From the IMG/VR virus record IMGVR_UViG_3300045988_010453, positions 1-5,071 of that record: DNA of 5,071 bases. The stretch is one strand, 5' to 3'. The translations under genes and the position numbers were made by a program. This DNA is from a virus. Of this stretch, positions 1-4,024 are shown in pieces. Position 1 is the first letter of the stretch. Each line of letters begins with the position of its first letter. The notes under the pieces were generated by a model. The model worked only from the letters and a program-made list of their open reading frames with translations. It did no database searches and was not told where the DNA came from.

Positions 1-55
1 ACGAGGCTCTCGCCGTCTTTTTCGGCGTACCTCCCGCTCTCGTCGTCGAAATTTT
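1..55. repeat. Left copy of a 55-nt terminal direct redundancy, identical to 5017-5071. It marks a circular molecule of 5016 nt linearised with an overlap.
   Basis: A base-by-base read gives acgaggctctcgccgtctttttcggcgtacctcccgctctcgtcgtcgaaatttt at both ends. The right copy runs exactly to the window end. An ORF reads through the junction in frame. Confidence 0.97.
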
Positions 56-88
56 AAAAGAGTAGGACGTGGTGGATTCAGGATTTGA
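1..88 (+). CDS. C-terminal part of the 36-aa arginine-rich J/VP8-like DNA-binding protein, continuing from 4994-5016 on the circle. Codons are phased from nt 2 and the TGA stop is at 86-88.
   Basis: Joining 4994-5016 to 1-88 gives MRRRRLSKRGSRRLFRRTSRSRRRNFKRVGRGGFRI*. It has 16 Arg and 2 Lys in 36 residues and no acidic residue. Size and charge match the small DNA-condensing proteins of Microviridae (phiX174 J, gokushovirus VP8/ORF8). Confidence 0.8.
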   Translation, partial: RGSRRLFRRTSRSRRRNFKRVGRGGFRI

Positions 89-107
89 CATATCTACCTA
101 ATCCTGA
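78..107. repeat. Perfect 8-bp inverted repeat TCAGGATT (78-85) / AATCCTGA (100-107) with a 14-nt spacer, bracketing the -35 box of promoter P1.
   Basis: The arms are exact reverse complements by direct reading. The left arm ends on the first T of the -35 box and the right arm contains the TG of the extended -10. Confidence 0.6.
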
Positions 108-113
108 TACAAT
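85..113 (+). promoter_or_regulatory. Promoter P1 (sigma70/sigmaA type) driving VP4. It reads -35 TTGACA (85-90), 17-nt spacer ending TGA (105-107), -10 TACAAT (108-113).
   Basis: It has a perfect -35, optimal spacing, an extended -10 TG and a 5/6 -10. The predicted start at about 120 coincides with the VP4 Shine-Dalgarno AGGTGA (120-125). Confidence 0.75.
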
Positions 114-130
114 CAGTACAGGTGATTAAT

Positions 131-1042
131 ATGGTTTGTTATAATCCTGTTCTCATGTACCCGGTTGAAGGAGCTATTACCAAAAATGGAAAACAGCATT
201 ATAGTTTTTACGGTAGCCTTGCCTCTCACCCTGAACTTGCTGGTGATAGTCGTTTTATTCGCTGTTCTTGTAAGCAATGTATTGGTTGTCGTCTCGAAAA
301 TAGTAGACAATGGGCCGTCCGTGCTGTTCACGAAGCCCGTACTTCGTCTTCTGCTTATTTCGTTACTTGCACTTTCGACGATTATCATTTGCCATATGAT
401 AAAAGCTTAAGCAAGAAATTTCATCAAACTTTCATGAAGAATCTTCGGCGTGAGTATGGTAGCGGCATTCGCTTTCTTGGCTGTGGTGAATATGGTGATC
501 TTCATGCTCGTCCCCATTATCATTATATTTTGTTTAATATTGATTTTGATGACAAAATTTTTCGGTTCCGTACAGACGGTTATAATACTTATACTTCTTC
601 TCGTTTTGCGAAGGTCTGGAAATACGGTATGCATCTTATTGGCGAGTTTAGTTTTGACGCTGCTGCCTATGTCGCCCGTTACATAGTTAAAAAGCAGACA
701 GGCAGTAAAGCTGCTGCTCACTATAAAGGCCGTACGCCTGAGTTTATGCTTGTATCCAATCGTCCAGGCATAGGTTCTAAATGGCTTGAGGAGCATGGTG
801 AAGAGTGTTATGCTAACGATTATATTGTTATCAATGGTAGGAAGATGCGTCCCCCTAGATACTATGATAAAAAATTCGACGAAACTTACCCTCACTGGAT
901 GGAATACATTCGTAATAATCGCATTGAGAAGATGATGCATAATCTTGAGAATAATACTTTTGAGCGCCTTGTTGATCGTTGTAGAGTTCAGGAAGGTAAG
1001 TATACACATTTCCTCGGCAGAAAACTTGACAGAGTATTATGA
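131..1042 (+). CDS. VP4: VP4, an HUH-superfamily rolling-circle replication initiator (phiX174 gpA-like), 303 aa from ATG 131.
   Basis: Motif 1 is FVTCTF. The HUH motif is PHYHYILF (His codons at 515-517 and 521-523). The two-tyrosine catalytic motif is YVARYIVKK (Tyr codons 668-670 and 680-682; compare phiX174 A YVAKYVNKK). The Cys cluster CSCKQCIGCR lies at 263-289. ATG 131 is preferred over the GTG at 122 because 122 lies inside the SD AGGTGA (120-125). Confidence 0.95.
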   Translation: MVCYNPVLMYPVEGAITKNGKQHYSFYGSLASHPELAGDSRFIRCSCKQCIGCRLENSRQWAVRAVHEARTSSSAYFVTCTFDDYHLPYDKSLSKKFHQTFMKNLRREYGSGIRFLGCGEYGDLHARPHYHYILFNIDFDDKIFRFRTDGYNTYTSSRFAKVWKYGMHLIGEFSFDAAAYVARYIVKKQTGSKAAAHYKGRTPEFMLVSNRPGIGSKWLEEHGEECYANDYIVINGRKMRPPRYYDKKFDETYPHWMEYIRNNRIEKMMHNLENNTFERLVDRCRVQEGKYTHFLGRKLDRVL

Positions 1043-1054
1043 TTGTGTTATTAT
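1026..1054 (+). promoter_or_regulatory. Promoter P2, internal and overlapping the VP4 3' end. It reads -35 TTGACA (1026-1031), 17-nt spacer ending TGT (1046-1048), -10 TATTAT (1049-1054).
   Basis: It has the same architecture as P1: perfect -35, 17-nt spacing, extended -10 TG and a 5/6 -10. The predicted start at about 1061 falls on the purine-rich AGAAAGGG (1061-1068), downstream of the ORF94 ATG. Confidence 0.65.
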
Positions 1055-1323
1055 CTAGTCAGAAAGGGTGTGATGTTATCGATAAGTTTAATACTGAATT
1101 TGAGGCTATTAGTAATTATTGCAAAGGAAAAGGCTTGCATTTTGATTTTTTATTTAGAGGCTCCAAATATGCTGCTTATAAGCTGAAGCCTGATAATTGC
1201 AATGTTATTCGTATTGACAATGATTATTTCGTTATTCCTAATTGTACACATCTTGTAATTCGCAGATTTTTAATTGCTTTAAGAAAGGGAGATTTAGACG
1301 TTGAGACTTTATTCAATTTATGA
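1039..1323 (+). CDS. Hypothetical 94-aa protein (ORF94). It is an orphan accessory gene between VP4 and the VP5-like gene, and I recognise no family.
   Basis: ATG 1039-1041 overlaps the VP4 stop TGA 1040-1042 (ATGA coupling) and there is no SD. The 94-codon open frame lies in DNA of about 29% G+C, where stops are frequent, and it exactly fills the gap between two conserved genes. The product has four Cys and no hydrophobic segment. Confidence 0.65.
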   Translation: MIVLLSSQKGCDVIDKFNTEFEAISNYCKGKGLHFDFLFRGSKYAAYKLKPDNCNVIRIDNDYFVIPNCTHLVIRRFLIALRKGDLDVETLFNL

Positions 1324-1582
1324 TTCTAAGGCTGAGCAGTTTAGCCCCCCTCAGGTTTACCACAATGATATGCTTGCATTGAGAGGCTTTGAAAGCATTG
1401 TTAACGACGATAAAATGCTTATTAAAAAATATCCTGAAGATTTTACTCTTTATTATGTTGGTAATCTTAGCGACGTTGACGGTCATTATTACGTTGAGCA
1501 TTCTGACGAATCCCGCGTTCCTGTATTGGTTGGTCGCGCAGTAAATTATGTGCAGAATGTTGACATTCCTCCTAGTGAGTGA
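1301..1582 (+). CDS. 93-aa small non-structural protein resembling the conserved gokushovirus VP5/ORF5 family. Start is TTG.
   Basis: The position (after VP4, before VP3) fits the family. The N-terminus M-R-L-Y-S-I-Y-D-S-K-A-E-x-F-x-P-P and the later YPEDFTLYYVG match my memory of this family. The SD AAGGGAGA (1285-1292) has an aligned spacing of 8 nt to TTG 1301. Tandem stops TGA TAA lie at 1580-1585. The function assignment is from recall, not from a search. Confidence 0.7.
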   Translation: MRLYSIYDSKAEQFSPPQVYHNDMLALRGFESIVNDDKMLIKKYPEDFTLYYVGNLSDVDGHYYVEHSDESRVPVLVGRAVNYVQNVDIPPSE

Positions 1583-1588
1583 TAATCT
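1560..1588 (+). promoter_or_regulatory. Promoter P3 candidate. It reads -35 TTGACA (1560-1565), 17-nt spacer ending TGA (1580-1582), -10 TAATCT (1583-1588).
   Basis: It has a perfect -35, 17-nt spacing and an extended -10 TG. The -10 matches only 3/6 but keeps T1, A2 and T6. The design is the same as P1 and P2. The predicted start at about 1594-1596 lies about 15 nt upstream of the terminator hairpin. Confidence 0.45.
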
Positions 1589-1604
1589 AATAAAGAGCGT
1601 AGCA

Positions 1605-1642
1605 GAAAAAGAGCGGTCTCGAAACGAGATCGCTCTTTTTTT
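1605..1642 (+). terminator. Rho-independent terminator T1 after the VP5-like gene.
   Basis: The stem is AGAGCGGTCTCG (1610-1621) / CGAGATCGCTCT (1625-1636), 12 bp with one G-T wobble. The loop is AAA, followed by a T run through 1642. A5 at 1605-1609 can extend the stem to 17 bp against the T run, giving a bidirectional-type design. Confidence 0.85.
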
Positions 1643-1690
1643 GTACGCCACGCCCGCCGCGTCTAGGCGCTTTTGAAAGGAGGTGAAATT

Positions 1691-2173
1691 ATGAGATTTA
1701 AGACTGCTTATGACCCTGTAGATGAACATGATCACTTTGGCATTGATTTTACTATGCCGTCTCTTGCTGTTCAGGATGAAAAGGATGATACTGATATCAA
1801 CTACATTGTAAATAAGTATGCAGACGGTCAGAAAGGTATTTCTACTCTTGATCTTGGCGATACTTCGCAGTATGCGTTCCTTCAGTTTGGAGATGCAACG
1901 CTTCCCGGCGACTATAGTACTGCTCTTGAACTTGTTTCTGGAGTTCGTGAAGAATTCTATAGTTTACCTGCATACGTTCGAGCAAAATTCGGTCATGATC
2001 CGATGAATTTTATCAATCAACTTAACAATCCTGAAACTCTCGAATATCTCCAACGAGAAGGCTTGTATGCTAGTAGAGATACTTCTTACGAACAACAACA
2101 GTCCGTAAGTACTGAACAAAAAGAAGAAAAAAGTAACACTTTAGTACAAAATGAAGAAGAAATGCAAAAATAG
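1691..2173 (+). CDS. VP3: VP3 internal scaffolding protein, gokushovirus type, 160 aa from ATG 1691.
   Basis: The strongest SD in the genome, AAAGGAGGTGA (1676-1686), lies at an aligned spacing of 7 nt. The position immediately upstream of VP1 fits. The N-terminal pattern (KTAYDP ... PSLAVQDEKDDTDINYIVNKY) matches my recollection of VP3 scaffolds (PSLT.Q..KDE.DIN.IV..). The tail is acidic, EQQQSVSTEQKEEK...NEEEMQK. The track start at TTG 1673 is rejected because the SD would then lie inside the ORF. Confidence 0.8.
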   Translation: MRFKTAYDPVDEHDHFGIDFTMPSLAVQDEKDDTDINYIVNKYADGQKGISTLDLGDTSQYAFLQFGDATLPGDYSTALELVSGVREEFYSLPAYVRAKFGHDPMNFINQLNNPETLEYLQREGLYASRDTSYEQQQSVSTEQKEEKSNTLVQNEEEMQK

Positions 2174-2222
2174 GCGTCACCGAAGCCAGTTACTTACTTG
2201 ATGTAACTGGCGTAGGTGACGC
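2174..2222 (+). other. Large interrupted stem-loop directly after the VP3 stop. It is a candidate weak terminator or mRNA 3' stabiliser, and a candidate ssDNA replication signal.
   Basis: The outer stem is GCGTCACC (2174-2181) / GGTGACGC (2215-2222). The inner stem is GCCAGTTAC (2185-2193) / GTAACTGGC (2203-2211). The internal loop is 3x3 (GAA/GTA) and the apical loop is 9 nt, TTACTTGAT (2194-2202). It is followed by AAAAATAAA, not a T run. Confidence 0.8.
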
Positions 2223-2233
2223 AAAAATAAACT

Positions 2234-2274
2234 AAACCTTAATAATAATTTGCTTTAGGTTAATTATTAAGTTT
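2234..2274. repeat. A+T-rich imperfect inverted repeat in the VP3-VP1 intergenic region.
   Basis: AAAC(C)TTAATAAT (2234-2246) pairs with ATTATTAAGTTT (2263-2274), giving 12 bp with one bulged C (2238) and a 16-nt loop. All pairs but one are A-T, so stability is low. Confidence 0.4.
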
Positions 2275-2296
2275 ACACTTTGAAGAAGGTGAGAAT

Positions 2297-4012
2297 TTGG
2301 CTCGAAAAATTAGAGTTCGCGGTCATCGGTTTAGCGATGCTCCTGCGATGTATATGAGAAGGACTAAATTTGACCGCTCGCATGTTTATAAAACTACTTT
2401 TAATTCAGGTAAGCTTATACCTGTATTTGTTGACGAGGTTTTGCCTGGCGATACTACTCGTCTGTCTGTTAATTATTTTGCTCGCTTGGCTACTCCTATT
2501 AAACCTATTATGGATAATATTTATCTTGATTGGTTCTTTTTCTTTGTACCGAATCGGCTTGTGTGGGAACACTGGCAGAATTTTTGTTTTGAACAGCAGG
2601 ACCCGGATGATAGCACTGATTATGTCATTCCTACTGTTACTGCTACTGGTAATACTGCTAATGCCTATGTAGGCTCTCTTTGGGATTATTTTGGCTTGCC
2701 TGTGAATACTTCTGGTAATATTTCTGGCATTAGTGCTCTTCCGTTCCGTTGTGTGTATCTTATTTGGAACGAATGGTTTAGAGATGAAAATTTGCAGAAG
2801 TCTGTTAAAATTCAAAAAGGTGATACTAATGAGGTTTTAAACTCTACTAGAGCTTCTGATCAGCCTTCTTGGGTATTTACTTCAGGTACTAATTTAGTTC
2901 CCGGGTTAGCTTGTCCTCCTCGTGGTAAACGTCATGACTATTTTACTTCTGCTCTTCCTTGGACCCAAAAAGGTCCTGGCGTTGAGATTCCGTTAGTAGG
3001 TAATGCTCCTGTTTATGGTACCGGACTGCCTATGGCTTTGACTAGTACTGGTTCTGATCGTCTTAACTTGATGGTTTATGAGGGTGCTGGCAGCCATGCC
3101 AATGCTCGTACTTTTATTAATGCTTATGCAAAAGCTCAATTGCCCACTCCTGCTACTGGTGCCTGGACTGTTCCGTCAGTTTCCGGAAGTTCTCCGGCTA
3201 TAGGTCTTGCTACTAATGGTGATAGTGGTGTTTATGCCGATTTGAGTTCTGTCTCTTCTGCTACGATTAACAATTTACGTACGGCTTTCCAAATGCAGAA
3301 GTTTTATGAGCGGCTCGCACGTGGTGGTAGTAGGTATACAGAGGTTCTTCGTTCTTTCTTTGGTGTAGTTTCTCCTGATGCACGGTTGCAGCGTCCTGAA
3401 TTCCTTGGCGCTTTTACTAAAATGGTGAATGTTAATCCAATAGCACAGACCTCTGCCACTGATAGTACCTCACCTCAAGGCAATCTTTCTGCTTATGGTG
3501 TTACTGCTTCTAAGTTCCATGGTTTCGTTAAATCTTTTGTTGAACATGGCTATGTAATAGGATTTGTCTGTGCTCGTGCTGATCTTACCTATCAGCAAGG
3601 TATCAATAAAATGTGGCTTCGCTCTACGGTTTATGATTTTTATTGGCCGACTTTTGCTCATCTTGGTGAGCAGGCTATCGAATTGCGTGAAATTTATGCT
3701 CAAGGCAATGAAGATGATTCTATTGTATTTGGTTATCAAGAACGTTATGCTGAATATCGGTATAAGCCTTCTCAGATTACAGGTAAGTTCCGTAGTTCTG
3801 TTACTGGTGGCAATTTAGATGTTTGGCACCTTTCTCAGTATTTCAATAATGCACCAACTCTTAACGAGGAGTTTATTGTTGAGAATCCGCCTATTAAACG
3901 TATTGTTGCGGTTCAGGATGAGCCTGAGTTTTTGCTTGATATAGGTTTCCGTTATACTACGGTTCGTCCTATGCCTATGTTTGGCACTCCTGGTCTTGTT
4001 GATCATTTTTAA
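2297..4012 (+). CDS. VP1: VP1 major capsid protein (Microviridae F-protein family), 571 aa, TTG start.
   Basis: Hallmark segments are LIPVFVDEVLPGDT, FFFVPNRLVW, RCVYLIWNEWFRDENL, KRHDYFTSALPW, INNLRTAFQMQKFYERLARGGSRYTEVLRSFFGV and RLQRPEFLG. TTG 2297 is the first start after an in-frame TAA (2261-2263). It is preceded by the SD GAAGGTGAG (2285-2293) at an aligned spacing of 7 nt. The first ATG (2349) has no SD and would remove the conserved HRFSDAP N-terminal segment. Confidence 0.97.
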   Translation: MARKIRVRGHRFSDAPAMYMRRTKFDRSHVYKTTFNSGKLIPVFVDEVLPGDTTRLSVNYFARLATPIKPIMDNIYLDWFFFFVPNRLVWEHWQNFCFEQQDPDDSTDYVIPTVTATGNTANAYVGSLWDYFGLPVNTSGNISGISALPFRCVYLIWNEWFRDENLQKSVKIQKGDTNEVLNSTRASDQPSWVFTSGTNLVPGLACPPRGKRHDYFTSALPWTQKGPGVEIPLVGNAPVYGTGLPMALTSTGSDRLNLMVYEGAGSHANARTFINAYAKAQLPTPATGAWTVPSVSGSSPAIGLATNGDSGVYADLSSVSSATINNLRTAFQMQKFYERLARGGSRYTEVLRSFFGVVSPDARLQRPEFLGAFTKMVNVNPIAQTSATDSTSPQGNLSAYGVTASKFHGFVKSFVEHGYVIGFVCARADLTYQQGINKMWLRSTVYDFYWPTFAHLGEQAIELREIYAQGNEDDSIVFGYQERYAEYRYKPSQITGKFRSSVTGGNLDVWHLSQYFNNAPTLNEEFIVENPPIKRIVAVQDEPEFLLDIGFRYTTVRPMPMFGTPGLVDHF

Positions 4013-4024
4013 GTAGGTGATATT

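Noticed and set aside
1-55. The terminal 55-nt repeats as biological direct repeats, such as att sites, LTR-like ends or a cos-type redundancy.
   Set aside because: The repeat ends exactly at the window edge and lies inside a coding sequence that reads through the join. Microviridae have circular genomes without terminal redundancy. An assembler overlap is the simplest explanation.
122-130. Longer N-terminal extensions given by the ORF track: GTG 122 for VP4, TTG 1673 for VP3 and TTG 4725 for ORF79.
   Set aside because: In each case the extension would place the obvious SD inside the coding region. A downstream ATG (131, 1691, 4758) sits at the genome-typical 7-8 nt aligned spacing.
165-410. 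Hydrophobic 81-aa ORF in the +1 frame of VP4 (internal ATG at 186, with AAGGAG at 168-173). It is a possible phiX174 E-style embedded lysis gene.
   Set aside because: The aligned SD spacing to ATG 186 is about 11 nt, against 7-8 nt for every confirmed gene, and TTG 165 has no SD. Strong hydrophobicity is expected in any +1 frame here, because the T-rich third codon positions become second positions. It remains a long shot and would need comparative evidence.
1073-1186. 37-aa hydrophobic ORF (MLSISLILNLRLLVIIAKEKACILIFYLEAPNMLLIS) in the +1 frame of ORF94. It sits just downstream of the predicted P2 start and of AGAAAGGGTG.
   Set aside because: The aligned SD spacing is only about 2 nt. It is short and again a +1-frame hydrophobic artefact. 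There is no independent support.
1214-1243. The fourth TTGACA hexamer (1214-1219), considered as a promoter inside ORF94.
   Set aside because: With a 17-nt spacer there is no TGN, and the hexamer is CCTAAT, which lacks the critical T1 and A2. Spacers of 16-19 nt give nothing better.
1345-1350. Homopolymer runs (C6 at 1345-1350, A6 at 4488-4493, A7 at 4953-4959) as possible slippage or frameshift sites.
   Set aside because: They encode ordinary residues (Pro-Pro, Glu-Lys, Lys-Lys) in frames that stay open and conserved-looking. There is no downstream structure or alternative-frame ORF that would make a frameshift productive.
2250-2279. Possible VP1 promoter TTGCTT (2250-2255) - 18 nt - TACACT (2274-2279) in the A+T-rich intergenic region.
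   Set aside because: The -35 matches only 3/6 and the -10 only 4/6. The spacing is non-optimal and there is no TG extension. Such matches are expected by chance in A+T-rich DNA. Other -35-like hexamers (TTGACG at 654, 1476 and 2430; TTGACC at 2370; TTGACT at 3038) also lack a usable -10.
3935-3942. CTTGATAT inside the VP1 3' end (8/8 match to the phiX174 origin core), plus AACTTGA at 1023-1029 and 4503-4509, as alternative origin sites.
   Set aside because: These are short T-rich motifs that recur by chance in this composition, and none has surrounding secondary structure. They are kept as controls for the hairpin-loop candidate at 2194-2202, not as calls. They are not formally excluded, because the phiX174 origin is itself intragenic.
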